From Salinispira sp. (GTDB lineage Bacteria > Spirochaetota > Spirochaetia > DSM-27196 > Salinispiraceae), in assembly GCA_965602015.1 (NCBI GenBank), contig OZ271918.1, positions 2,688,001 through 2,752,000 on the forward strand: DNA of 64,000 nucleotides, in the 5' to 3' direction. This document shows, piece by piece, positions 18,516-28,226 of this stretch. Position 1 is the stretch's first letter. Every line of letters begins with the position of its first letter. The position numbers and the translations under genes are program-made. The notes under the pieces are model-generated. The model was given only the letters and a program-made list of their open reading frames with translations. It did not search any database and was not told the origin of the DNA.

Positions 18516-19889
18516 CTAATCGCCATCGGGAGAGGCCGAGACATCGGCATCCCGGCGGAGAATTTCCCGCTCGCGGTAGCGGAGAAACACCACCAGACTC
18601 AGGGTCATAAGAACCGCGGCGGTAACCGCCGTCATCCGGATGCCGAGACTGTTCGCGCTGGTCTTTCCCAGTAACAGGAGGCTGTTAAACAGGAGGAGGG
18701 CAACGGCCTGTCCGAGTTTTTGAACGAAGGTGCGGGACCCGAAAAACATGCCTTCCCGGTACACACCGCTCTTATGGGCATCGAACTCCGCCACATCGGC
18801 GATTATCGCATTTGGAAGGATTCCGAAAATCGCCAAGGGCAGGCCCAGGAGGGGCACGAGAAGGTAGTACTGGAATGCCCCCGAAAGGGGTAAAAGACCG
18901 AGCATCGACGTAATGATGTAGGAGCAGATAAAAATCCCGTACCCGATAATCATCAGGGTCTTTTTCCCGATTTTCTTTGCAATGAGGTTCACCGCCGGAT
19001 AGGTGAGAAAGCTGAGAACCCCGGCCAAAACCGTGAGAAACGACGCGTCCTGTTCGCTGCGCAACAGGAGAATGGTGACATAGTAAATGGTGCCGGTCTG
19101 CCAGGTGGTAATGCCGAACCAATAGAAGAAGTCGGAAATGATAAAGGGCCGGAACCAGCGGTTTGACAGCACGGACTTGAGGCTTTCTATCATCGGTACC
19201 GGGCTGGGACTGGCCTGGGAGTACTTCTTTTCGTCGATGAGAAACGCCGGCAGCAGCATAAACACCGTACCGATTAGTGAAAGTACGCCGAAGGTGAGTC
19301 TCATGGCGCTCACCTTGTCCATTCCCATCCCTTCGAAAACCGGCCAGATAAAAGAGGCCATGGTGGATATGGCAAAACCGAGGAACCAGGTAAGGGATAT
19401 ATAGGTGGAAAGATCCAGTTTTTCCTCGGGAGTATGGCCGAACTCCGCAATGAGGGTGAAATACGGGGTCACGTACGCGGTGTAAAAGAGATAGAAGAGC
19501 AGGAGCATGAGGGTGAGAAACAACACATTCCAGCCGCTTACTCCCTGCACCGGCGAAACAAAGACCAGGGCCATACTGAGCCCCGCCGGAATTGCGGCAA
19601 AACGCATGAAGGAAATCCGCCGTCCCTTCGGATGTTTGGAACGGTCGCTCAGGGTGGCAATCCAGGGATCGGTTATGGCATCCACCACCCGCCCGGCCAT
19701 GCTGATAATTCCGAGCACCGTCAGGAATCCGAAGAGGGCGATTTGGGGTATCAGCACCGGTATGCCGGAAATGTCCGTCGGATTGTAAAAAAAGGTCAGC
19801 CAGGTTGAGTTTAACCCGAACAGCAGGCTCCAGCCGAGCTGTCCCAGGGCATAGACAAATGCCATTCTCTTGGGCAACGATTCAGCCAT
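18516..19889 (-). CDS. MFS transporter, glycoside-pentoside-hexuronide (MelB-like) family
   Basis: About 12 hydrophobic segments; DAITDPWIATLSDR...GRR and ADVAEFD....G..REG motifs. Confidence 0.85.
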   Translation of the reverse strand: MAESLPKRMAFVYALGQLGWSLLFGLNSTWLTFFYNPTDISGIPVLIPQIALFGFLTVLGIISMAGRVVDAITDPWIATLSDRSKHPKGRRISFMRFAAIPAGLSMALVFVSPVQGVSGWNVLFLTLMLLLFYLFYTAYVTPYFTLIAEFGHTPEEKLDLSTYISLTWFLGFAISTMASFIWPVFEGMGMDKVSAMRLTFGVLSLIGTVFMLLPAFLIDEKKYSQASPSPVPMIESLKSVLSNRWFRPFIISDFFYWFGITTWQTGTIYYVTILLLRSEQDASFLTVLAGVLSFLTYPAVNLIAKKIGKKTLMIIGYGIFICSYIITSMLGLLPLSGAFQYYLLVPLLGLPLAIFGILPNAIIADVAEFDAHKSGVYREGMFFGSRTFVQKLGQAVALLLFNSLLLLGKTSANSLGIRMTAVTAAVLMTLSLVVFLRYREREILRRDADVSASPDGD

Positions 19890-19969
19890 GAAAGCTCCTC
19901 ACAGGGGAATACCGCTATAATATCACGGCTTTCCCCTCTTCGGAGGCTGTTTATCTCGGCTGATCGCAG

Positions 19970-20626
19970 TTAGTTCAGGTCAATATGATTTCCGGTTTTG
20001 GTGAAGTAGACCCATTCGCAGAGATTGGTCACATGGTCGCCCAGGCGCTCCATAAAGCGGTTGAGAAAAAGCAGGGCCGCTCCTTCTTCCACGTTATCCG
20101 GCGAGGCTTTCATAAATGCGAGAATTTTCTCCGTCAGGTCTTTTTTCATGCGGTCAATCCGCTCATCCATGGCGGCGACCTCCCGGGCAAGGGCCTCATC
20201 GCCGGAAGCAAAGGCTTCGAGGGCTTTTTGGAGCATCGCTATGCCCCGCTCGGCCATCTCCCGGATAACCGGGAGATGTTCCCTGGCGCCGGAACCGGAA
20301 ATCCGCCGTGCACCCTTGGCCAGATGCTTCGCGTGGTCGGCTATGCGCTCAATGCTGGAGACAATTTTTATGGCGCTCACGATATCCCGCAACTCCCCGG
20401 CAACCGGCTGTTCCATGGCGATGAGCTTGGCCCCGAGATCTTCAATCTCTATTTGAAGGGCATCGACTTTTTTGTCGCCTTCGATGACCCGGGCCGCCAG
20501 GTCTTCATCGCCGGATTCGACGGCCTCGAGACCGGCGTGGAGCTGATCGACGGTGATGGTCCCCATCTGCTGAACCTTTTGATGGAGGGAATTCAATTCC
20601 TGATGATATTTTTCACGCCATTCCAT
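19970..20626 (-). CDS. phoU: Phosphate signalling protein PhoU
   Basis: EQPVAGELR, ERIADHA and ERLGDHVTNLCE motifs; downstream of pstB. Confidence 0.95.
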   Translation of the reverse strand: MEWREKYHQELNSLHQKVQQMGTITVDQLHAGLEAVESGDEDLAARVIEGDKKVDALQIEIEDLGAKLIAMEQPVAGELRDIVSAIKIVSSIERIADHAKHLAKGARRISGSGAREHLPVIREMAERGIAMLQKALEAFASGDEALAREVAAMDERIDRMKKDLTEKILAFMKASPDNVEEGAALLFLNRFMERLGDHVTNLCEWVYFTKTGNHIDLN

Positions 20627-20755
20627 ATAAACATCCTCGGCCGGCGGTATCCGGCCCTGTTATCATAAGTTAAGTATAGCACGGGGAACTCAAACCCTCT
20701 TCCACCGCCGCCGGGCGGAATGCCCAAGCCCACGCGGCCTCAACCGCGGGCAGAC

Positions 20756-21538
20756 TCAGCCGAAGCGGCCGGAAATATAATCTTCGGTTTCCTTATTCTT
20801 CGGATTGAAGAAAATCTCATCGGTCTTTCCATATTCAACGAGATACCCGGAGCGATTCTCATCGACCAGGAAGAATGCCGTCCGGTCTGAAACCCGCGCG
20901 GCCTGCTGCATATTGTGGGTAACAATGATGATTGTATAATCCTTCTTTAATTCGTTGATCAGATCCTCGATTTTTGTCGTAGAAATGGGATCAAGGGCGG
21001 ACGCCGGTTCATCCATCAGAATGATATGCGGCTTAATGGCAACCGCCCGGGCAATACACAGACGCTGCTGCTGACCCCCGGAAAGACGGAGAGCATTCTG
21101 TTTCAGCTTGTCCTTAACCTCACCCCACAATGCGGCCTGCCTCAGGCTGGTCTCCACCAGCTCATCCATATCGCCCTTGTACCCGTTAATCTTTGCGCCC
21201 CAGGCGATATTGTCGTAGATGCTTTTGGGAAAGGGGTTGGGTTTCTGGAACACCATGCCTATGTGGCGCCGGACTTCCACCGGATCGACCTTTTCGTTGT
21301 AGATGTCCACTCCGCGGAAATGGATGGTGCCCTCTGTCCTGGTGCCGGGAATCAGTTCGTTCATCCGGTTGATGCTGCGCAGCACCGTCGATTTTCCGCA
21401 TCCCGAGGGGCCGATAAAGGCGGTAACCTGATTTCGAGGGATTTCGATATTGATGTTTTTTACTGCCTGAAAACTGTCGTAGAAGAAATCCAGGTTTTCT
21501 ATTTTGATTTCGGTTTCATTGGCCATGGCGTTGCTCAT
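20756..21538 (-). CDS. pstB: Phosphate ABC transporter ATP-binding protein
   Basis: [33 protein letters not shown] and YISGRFG motifs. Confidence 0.97.
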   Translation of the reverse strand: MSNAMANETEIKIENLDFFYDSFQAVKNINIEIPRNQVTAFIGPSGCGKSTVLRSINRMNELIPGTRTEGTIHFRGVDIYNEKVDPVEVRRHIGMVFQKPNPFPKSIYDNIAWGAKINGYKGDMDELVETSLRQAALWGEVKDKLKQNALRLSGGQQQRLCIARAVAIKPHIILMDEPASALDPISTTKIEDLINELKKDYTIIIVTHNMQQAARVSDRTAFFLVDENRSGYLVEYGKTDEIFFNPKNKETEDYISGRFG

Positions 21539-22830
21539 TTGCCCAATCTCCTTTTTTTCGCGATACGGTCGCGCATAATAATCGCAGATGCGTTGAGGGA
21601 CAGCAGGACCACCAGCAGAACTATGATGGCGGCCGCCGCAAGGTTACGGAATTCCGCCTGGGGATAGGCGGTCCAGCGGTAAATCATAATCGGCAGGGTG
21701 GTGAACTTGTCGAACACCGACGTCGGCGCGTTGGTCAGGAAGGCCGAGGCGCCGACCACCACAAGGGGCGCAGTCTCGCCCAGGGCCCGGCTGACGGCGA
21801 TAATGGTTCCTGTCAGGATTCTGTCCATTGAGGCGGGCAGAACATGATGCCAGACGGTCTGCCAGCGGGTGGCGCCCAGCCCAAATGCCGAATCCCTCAG
21901 GCTCTGAGGCACCGCCCGGATGGCTTCCTGGGCATTGATGATGATTATCGGGAGGATGAGCAGGCCCAGGGTCAGCCCGGCGGAGATAATGGTCCTGCCG
22001 TTGGCGCTGGAGTGATCCTCAATGGCTCCGAACACAAAGCCCGAGGTCAAAGGCTCAAGGATTCGGACAAAAACCGCCAAGCCCAGCAAGCCGTAGATAA
22101 TCGACGGCACCCCGGAGAGGTTGTAAATGTTTATCTGAATAAAGCGGTTTAGCCGGTTATCCGGCGCGAATTCTTCAAGGTAGAGCGCAGCGCCGACTCC
22201 AACGGGAAAGGAAAAGAGTATGGTTATCAGGATAACCATGACCGAGCCCCGAATGGGAATCCGCAGTCCCGCGTTTTCCGGGATGTTGGACAGGTCCTTG
22301 GTGAGAAACTCGAAGCTCACCCAGGAGCGGAACTGAACCCATGAACCGGGAATATTTTCTTCAGCGAAGCGGAAGATTTCTTCCCGCTGGCTGATGGACT
22401 CCCACAGCCGCCAGCTTCGCTCAACCCGGGGAATTACCACCCGGTCGACGGTCAGGCGGACAAGCTCCTGCTGACTTCGGTCCGCCAGGGGCTGCTCGGC
22501 GTTCATTGCCCGTATCAGTCCCCGCCGAACATTTTCATTTAATATGGTCAGCAGTTCGTCCCTCTCGAGATCGGCGAGTTCGACTTGTGACCCCGGCCGC
22601 ACCTGCTCGACCAATACCTCTGGTTCCACGGTGTTAACAATGGCCACATAGCCGAAGGCGCTGTTGAAAATATTCAGCAAAAGGGTAATCAACGCAATTA
22701 TGGCGATGGTCATGGAAATGTAAAACACAACCTGCCAAATCATTCCGGCCCGACGGCGGTCCGTCAGGTTTTTATCATTGTCCCGGTTTTCCGCTGCGAT
22801 GTCCCGGGGAGTAGAAAACATGTTACTCAT
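21535..22830 (-). CDS. pstA: Phosphate ABC transporter permease PstA with a large N-terminal extracytoplasmic insert
   Basis: [21 protein letters not shown] and RALGETAPL motifs. Confidence 0.93.
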   Translation of the reverse strand: MSNMFSTPRDIAAENRDNDKNLTDRRRAGMIWQVVFYISMTIAIIALITLLLNIFNSAFGYVAIVNTVEPEVLVEQVRPGSQVELADLERDELLTILNENVRRGLIRAMNAEQPLADRSQQELVRLTVDRVVIPRVERSWRLWESISQREEIFRFAEENIPGSWVQFRSWVSFEFLTKDLSNIPENAGLRIPIRGSVMVILITILFSFPVGVGAALYLEEFAPDNRLNRFIQINIYNLSGVPSIIYGLLGLAVFVRILEPLTSGFVFGAIEDHSSANGRTIISAGLTLGLLILPIIIINAQEAIRAVPQSLRDSAFGLGATRWQTVWHHVLPASMDRILTGTIIAVSRALGETAPLVVVGASAFLTNAPTSVFDKFTTLPIMIYRWTAYPQAEFRNLAAAAIIVLLVVLLSLNASAIIMRDRIAKKRRLGK

Positions 22831-23780
22831 TAATCGTATACCTCCCGATATCGCTTTACGATCTGCCGGGAAATGATGTTGAGCACCAGGGTGAACAGAA
22901 AGAGCAGAAGACCCAGGGCGAAAATACTGTTGTAGTCAACAGTGTTATAGCTCACATCACCTCCGCTTATCCGCACGATGTACCCTGTGAGGGTTTCCGC
23001 GGCTTCGAAGGGGTTAAAGGTGAAATTCGGTCCCGCACCGGCGGCCAGGGCGACAATCATGGTCTCTCCTATTGCCCGGGATATCCCGACGATAAACGCC
23101 GCGCCGATTCCCGAAAACGCCGCGGGAAGGACTATCTGCATCGAGGTTTCCATTTTGGTGGCTCCCAGACCGTGGGCAGCCTGACGGAGGCTGTCGGGAA
23201 CCGCGTTGAGGGCGTCCTCCGCCATGGAAGCGAAATACGGGAGAATGAGTATACCCATGACAATTCCCGCCGACGCAGTGTTGTAAATATCCACCACATC
23301 GGGACCAAAAATCGCCTTCAGAAGGGGCGTCATAAAGGTCAGGGCGAAGTAGCCGTAGACCACCGTAGGGATACCTGCCAGGACTTCGAGAATCGGCTTC
23401 AGCACCGACCTCACCTTGGGGGCGGCGTACTCGCTGAGGTAGATAGCCACAAAAAGCCCCAGGGGCATGGCCACGAGCATGGCGATGCTGCTGGTCATGA
23501 GGGTGGCATTTAACAGCGGGAGCACTCCGATGCGCCCAAGCATGGGCTGCCAGACCGTGCCCGTGAAGAACTCCCATACGCTCACTTCATTCCAGAAGAG
23601 AAATGAGTCCCGGGTGAGGATAATGACGATTCCCGCTGTTACCAGGACCGACAGGCTGGCCATAAAGAACAGTATCCCCTGGATAAGCTGCTCATGGGGC
23701 CGCCGTTTCTTCGCAAACGATATACCGCTGGCGATGTCATCCGGTTCGGCGGAGAGTGCGTGTTTTGTCGCATCAGACAT
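22830..23780 (-). CDS. pstC: Phosphate ABC transporter permease PstC
   Basis: LAGIPTVVYG and RAIGETMIV motifs; ATG at 23780 follows GGAG (the ORF could extend to 23846). Confidence 0.93.
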   Translation of the reverse strand: MSDATKHALSAEPDDIASGISFAKKRRPHEQLIQGILFFMASLSVLVTAGIVIILTRDSFLFWNEVSVWEFFTGTVWQPMLGRIGVLPLLNATLMTSSIAMLVAMPLGLFVAIYLSEYAAPKVRSVLKPILEVLAGIPTVVYGYFALTFMTPLLKAIFGPDVVDIYNTASAGIVMGILILPYFASMAEDALNAVPDSLRQAAHGLGATKMETSMQIVLPAAFSGIGAAFIVGISRAIGETMIVALAAGAGPNFTFNPFEAAETLTGYIVRISGGDVSYNTVDYNSIFALGLLLFLFTLVLNIISRQIVKRYREVYD

Positions 23781-23854
23781 GCTTCGCTCCGATTTTACAT
23801 AGTCTCCCGCAGGGGAAGTTCCCCGAAGAGCGGGATTCGCGGGCACAATAGACT

Positions 23855-23876
23855 AGTAATATTAAAGTTTGGTTAA
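23855..23876 (-). promoter_or_regulatory. PHO-box-like direct repeat upstream of pstC
   Basis: TTAACC and TTAATA with an 11-bp period on the minus strand. Confidence 0.35.
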
Positions 23877-23905
23877 ACCCGCGTTTTTGAAGGGGTTTTC
23901 GTCAC

Positions 23906-23934
23906 AAAAAAAGGCGCGCCACAAAGGGCGCGCC
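23906..23934 (-). terminator. Rho-independent terminator after pstS
   Basis: GGCGCGCC-ctttgt-GGCGCGCC stem-loop followed by a T7 tract on the minus strand. Confidence 0.8.
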
Positions 23935-23958
23935 GAGGGGTAGAACGCTGATTCTTTA

Positions 23959-24984
23959 TTAGAATGCGCCTTCCATTGCTTCGAGCCAGGCTTCCTTGGC
24001 GGAATCGATGTTCGCCGGGAAGTAACCGACTTCGTCGATAACGTCGTTGACGTTGTTCAGGAAGTAGGCGATGTAAGCCGCAACCTGGGGCTTGCTGCGC
24101 ATGATTTCCGCGTCGGAGTAGATGAACAGCGGGCGGGCGATGGGGTATCCGCCGAGGGCGACGTTGCCCGAGATGCTGTCGGAGTTCGCCTTTTCTACGG
24201 TCTCGAGGGAAGGAGTGATGCCTTCGATGGAGAGGATGTTCAGGATATCCTGGTTTTCCACATAGAACGCATATCCGAAGAACGCAACGGCATAGGGGCT
24301 GCCGGATACGCCCTGCACGAGGATGTTGTCGTCTTCGCTGAACTGGGTGTTATCAGCCGAGAGAATTACCGAGGGGTCCTCATCGTACACCAGTTCGACA
24401 AAGAAGTCGAAGGTGCCGGAGTCGGTTCCGGGAACGTAGCGCTGGATGGGCTCAGCGGGGAATGAGGGGTTCACTTCGCTCCAGAGGTTTGCGCCTCCGA
24501 AAATCAGGGCCAGTTCCTCGGCGGTGGCATTGGTGAGGAAATCGTTTTCAGCGGAAACTACGACGGAGAGGGCATCGGTGCCGACCCGGAAGGGGATGGG
24601 TGTGCGGCCGATGGCAGCGGCATTCTCAACTTCGCTGTCCTTGATTGCCCGGGATGCGTTGGATACGTCGGTTTCGCCGGCAACGGTGAACCGCTCGAAT
24701 CCGGCGCCGGAGCCGATAACGTCAATGGTAACGTCTCCCCGGAGGCCGTCTTCCTTGTAGCGCTCGACAATTACCGAAGCCAGGGGGCCGACGGTGGAGC
24801 TACCCGCGGTAACCACGTTGCCCTGTACGAGCAGGGGATTAACCTGGGGAAAGGCTTCTCCGGAGTCCTCGACCCATGCAAAGGCATCGTTGGCAGAGCT
24901 GCTGCCTTCTTCAGTACCACCGGCGGCGAATACTGCACCGGCAATTACAAACAGAATCATAAGTGCGGCAATGATTTTTTTCAT
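23959..24984 (-). CDS. pstS: Phosphate ABC transporter substrate-binding protein
   Basis: GSSTVGP, GSGAG, NASR, DSGTFDFF and YPIARPLFIY motifs; signal peptide. Confidence 0.93.
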   Translation of the reverse strand: MKKIIAALMILFVIAGAVFAAGGTEEGSSSANDAFAWVEDSGEAFPQVNPLLVQGNVVTAGSSTVGPLASVIVERYKEDGLRGDVTIDVIGSGAGFERFTVAGETDVSNASRAIKDSEVENAAAIGRTPIPFRVGTDALSVVVSAENDFLTNATAEELALIFGGANLWSEVNPSFPAEPIQRYVPGTDSGTFDFFVELVYDEDPSVILSADNTQFSEDDNILVQGVSGSPYAVAFFGYAFYVENQDILNILSIEGITPSLETVEKANSDSISGNVALGGYPIARPLFIYSDAEIMRSKPQVAAYIAYFLNNVNDVIDEVGYFPANIDSAKEAWLEAMEGAF

Positions 24985-25024
24985 AACTTCCTCCTTAGGA
25001 AATGTATGGCCAGATAATGCCTGC

Positions 25025-25068
25025 TTTTGTGTTAGAAAAGCGTGAGGAAGTTTTAAGAATTGTATGAA
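25025..25068 (-). promoter_or_regulatory. Putative PHO-box array upstream of pstS
   Basis: Four units at an exact 11-bp period: TTCATA, CTTAAA, CTCACG, CTAACA (compare PhoP TT[ATC]ACA). Confidence 0.45.
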
Positions 25069-25077
25069 TTGGCCGTG

Positions 25078-26628
25078 CTACTCCCGGTAGAGCTCGAGGA
25101 TCTGAAGCATTCGCTCTTTGTTCGCCATAAAAATGTCCACGACCTTCGGATCAAACTGGGTTCCCGAATGCTCTTTGATGTACGCAATCGCCTCATCCAC
25201 GTCCCAGGCGGGCTTGTATACCCGGTCGTGCACCAATGCGTCGAACACATCGACAATCGCCACTATGCGGCCGGTCATGGGAATGTCATCGGCCTTCAGG
25301 TTCTTCGGGTACCCGCTGCCGTCCCAGCGCTCGTGGTGGCTCAGGGCAATTTCGGCGGCGAGCTTTAATACCCCCCTGTTGCCGGTTTTCAGGATTTCAT
25401 TGCCGATGAGGGTGTGCTTTCTCATGTCGATGAGTTCCGTATCGTTTAATTTACCGGGTTTTTGCAGGATCCTGTCATCAATGCCGATTTTGCCGATATC
25501 GTGCATGGGAGCCGCCAGCCGGATCAGTTCAGTGTCGGTTTCACTGAATCCCAGCTGGGAAGCCAGCAAGGCCGCCATTTCTCCGACCCGCCGAACATGA
25601 TTGCCGGTTTCTTTCGAGCGGGACTCCACAACTTCTCCCAGGGTGAAAATGATTTCCTTCTGGGTGTTTTCCATTTGCAGATTCAAAAAGAGATTGGTGA
25701 AGGCGATGGCCACATTGGTGGAAAACACGGTTATCAGCTCACGGTCAACCTCCGACAGCCGGTCGTTGGTCTTCAGGAGGATGATATTTTCCGTGCCCTC
25801 GTCCACTTCAAAGTACCCCACATAGGCCCCGTCCTCAAAAAACGATCGGCGATGTTCAATGGCCCGTTCGATCAGTTCAACGACCTGGGAATCGCGGAAC
25901 TCATCGAGGCGCACACCGGTGGCATCGGCATAGGAACCGGTTCCCGCGAGAATGCGGTATTCATCCCGGGTCCGGCGCACCGCAATGCCTTCGGCCCTGA
26001 GGTAGAGGCTGTCGTCGTCCATTTTTAACAGAGATGTCAGCTGGAGGAGGACGCCCGAGTAAAAATTCGTGAACGAACGGTTGCGAAACAGCTCCCCGCT
26101 GGCGGCGACTATCTTCTCGAACCCTTCCTTGCTTCTTCGGATGCGTTTTAAGTCTCTGTACCCCCGCAAGGCGACGGTAATCGCCGTGTAGAGTTTGATA
26201 TCGGTAATTTCGGTCTTTGATTTGTAATCGTTGATTTCATAGTCGGTGATGACTTTCTTTTCAGGCGCAGCCCCTGGCTGGCCGGTGCGAAGAATGATGC
26301 GAACCTGGCTGTTGCTGAGGTCCTCCCGGATCCACTTGGCTAGTTTGAGACCCGCATCATCGGTCTCCATGACCACGTCGAGAAGAATTACTGCGATGTC
26401 GTTCTCCCGGCTGAGCACCTCTCTGGCCTCTTTGGCAGAGTACGCAGAGAGCAGTTCGATTTTGCGGTTGTCGAGTTCATAATCCCGGAGAACGAGTTTG
26501 GTAATGACATGAACTTCCTCGTCATCATCGACGACCAGTACGAGCCAGGGTTTCAAACCCCGCTGGAGAGAAGCTTTTTCCGGCTCGTCGGCGAAGATGA
26601 GCAGGTCATCATTTTTTTCTGCTGCCAC
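25078..26628 (-). CDS. Response regulator with REC, DUF3369-like and HD-GYP c-di-GMP phosphodiesterase domains
   Basis: VLVVDDD and LLDVVME REC motifs; ETGNHV.RV, HDIGK and HHERWDGSGYP HD-GYP motifs. Confidence 0.9.
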   Translation of the reverse strand: MAAEKNDDLLIFADEPEKASLQRGLKPWLVLVVDDDEEVHVITKLVLRDYELDNRKIELLSAYSAKEAREVLSRENDIAVILLDVVMETDDAGLKLAKWIREDLSNSQVRIILRTGQPGAAPEKKVITDYEINDYKSKTEITDIKLYTAITVALRGYRDLKRIRRSKEGFEKIVAASGELFRNRSFTNFYSGVLLQLTSLLKMDDDSLYLRAEGIAVRRTRDEYRILAGTGSYADATGVRLDEFRDSQVVELIERAIEHRRSFFEDGAYVGYFEVDEGTENIILLKTNDRLSEVDRELITVFSTNVAIAFTNLFLNLQMENTQKEIIFTLGEVVESRSKETGNHVRRVGEMAALLASQLGFSETDTELIRLAAPMHDIGKIGIDDRILQKPGKLNDTELIDMRKHTLIGNEILKTGNRGVLKLAAEIALSHHERWDGSGYPKNLKADDIPMTGRIVAIVDVFDALVHDRVYKPAWDVDEAIAYIKEHSGTQFDPKVVDIFMANKERMLQILELYRE

Positions 26629-26717
26629 ACATTCCTACCTTTATTTTATAAGCATAGATGATGCTTTATGCCCATTTCAAATTTCTCCGGGGAAAATTAA
26701 TGCATTTCCCTTTCCTA

Positions 26718-27536
26718 TCACCCCTGATGCTGGATGAGATTCAGATATCTCCCGGGCAGCGGGTCGAATGGGGCTTTTTCAAGAGCGTCGAAGAACAGCT
26801 TCCGTGATTCAGCCAGAAGCCCGGCGTGAAACGCCGAGATGCCCCGGTCGGTTAATCGGCGGTTTACCCTGAGAATCCTTCCCTCGTATTCGGGATAGGT
26901 ATGCAAATCCTCGTATATGCCCCGGGCGCCGTACTCGTCCCCGGCGGATCGCATGCCTATCAGTCGGCAGTCTGCATTGAGCAGCGCATCCCCGGCGCAG
27001 CGCTCGCCGAGAATCAGCCTTGCCCGGCAGGCTCTGCCCTCCTCCAAAAGAGCCTGCAGATAATCAGGGCAGGAAGGAAGGCAGAGGGCGGCACCCCGGT
27101 TTGCAAAACTCACTATCCGCACCGGTTGGATGCTCGACGCAATGCGCGGATTGAGGGAGCCGCGCGTGTCCGCAGATGAAACGGCCTGTGACATATGGGC
27201 AAAAAGCGATCTGGCGACGCCGGCCAGGGAACCGGCTTCGCCGTCGACCAGGAATAGAAAATCTTCTCCCATTCGGGACAGCTCGCAGACCAGTTCACCG
27301 GAAAATGCGTTCTCCAAGGCACTGTGCACGGTTTCCAGCAGCGGCAAAAGCCCGGATTCCCCGGTCTCGAGGAGGGAATCGTACAAACCGGGCAGCTGCA
27401 GCATGATGAGCCCCGCTTCAATTTTGATATGGCGCCGAGACTCCAACTCTCCGGCAATACCCTTTGCTGCGCTCCATTGCAGAAGATCGGAACTAATGCC
27501 CGGGCCTTCGGGATTATTGTGTTCATTCCCGTTCAT
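26718..27536 (-). CDS. Degenerate class III nucleotide-cyclase-like protein (probable pseudoenzyme)
   Basis: Colinear with the cyclase fold plus C-terminal TPR-like helix pair (CRLIG...IYE...GISAF...FFDALEKAPFD..PGRYL), but the catalytic residues are absent. Confidence 0.5.
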   Translation of the reverse strand: MNGNEHNNPEGPGISSDLLQWSAAKGIAGELESRRHIKIEAGLIMLQLPGLYDSLLETGESGLLPLLETVHSALENAFSGELVCELSRMGEDFLFLVDGEAGSLAGVARSLFAHMSQAVSSADTRGSLNPRIASSIQPVRIVSFANRGAALCLPSCPDYLQALLEEGRACRARLILGERCAGDALLNADCRLIGMRSAGDEYGARGIYEDLHTYPEYEGRILRVNRRLTDRGISAFHAGLLAESRKLFFDALEKAPFDPLPGRYLNLIQHQG

Positions 27537-27589
27537 ATTGTATATGCTACTTCATCGCCGGAGAGACTGCATGGTTTTCTTCGGTTTTT

Positions 27590-27618
27590 TTGACAAGCTA
27601 AGCCCATACTGCTATGGT
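27590..27618 (+). promoter_or_regulatory. Sigma70 promoter for the hypothetical-proA-proB transcript
   Basis: Perfect TTGACA, 17-bp spacer, TGn extended -10, TATGGT. Confidence 0.6.
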
Positions 27619-27647
27619 AATGGCATCTTGAAAAGGCAGGCTGCGCA

Positions 27648-28193
27648 ATGGCTGTACAGTGGATCAGCAACACGATTTTTATCTCAAAAATCAAGGATGC
27701 GGGACCTATTTATGACCTGCTTCACGAGCTGATCGCCTTAATCCGTTCCCGGGAAGAGCGCTACTTCAGCGTTCGCAGCAGCATAGACTTGGAATTTCTT
27801 CATATAAATCTGTGCTTCGTCGACAAGGAGTTCAAGGTAATCCTCCATATTCTCTCAAGCGAAAGCATTATCGATCCGGTGTCGTCCTATCTTTCTGCTT
27901 CATACGATAATTTGAACATCAAATGCGTTGAAATCAATTCAGCTGAGGACCGGGTCAACCTTCTTGTCCACGAGAAGGGCGAACTGCAAAGCGAGAAAAC
28001 CGTACCAAAGGGACTCAGCCGTCATCTCATCGAAGAACTTGAGAAAACCCCTTCCCAGGGACGCTGCTTTTCCCTCACCGTGCCCGAACTGTTCAACCAG
28101 ACCCAGGCCCGCTTTATTGAAAGCCTCTCGGAACTAAAATACAATAGGAAAACTGAGCCCCAGCTCGACCCCGATGACGATCTTGCCTTTTAG
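27648..28193 (+). CDS. Hypothetical protein
   Basis: 181-aa ORF filling the gap between the promoter and proA; no motif recognised. Confidence 0.7.
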   Translation: MAVQWISNTIFISKIKDAGPIYDLLHELIALIRSREERYFSVRSSIDLEFLHINLCFVDKEFKVILHILSSESIIDPVSSYLSASYDNLNIKCVEINSAEDRVNLLVHEKGELQSEKTVPKGLSRHLIEELEKTPSQGRCFSLTVPELFNQTQARFIESLSELKYNRKTEPQLDPDDDLAF

Positions 28194-28226
28194 GCCGGTC
28201 GGACGGGGTAATCCGGGAGAAGAACT

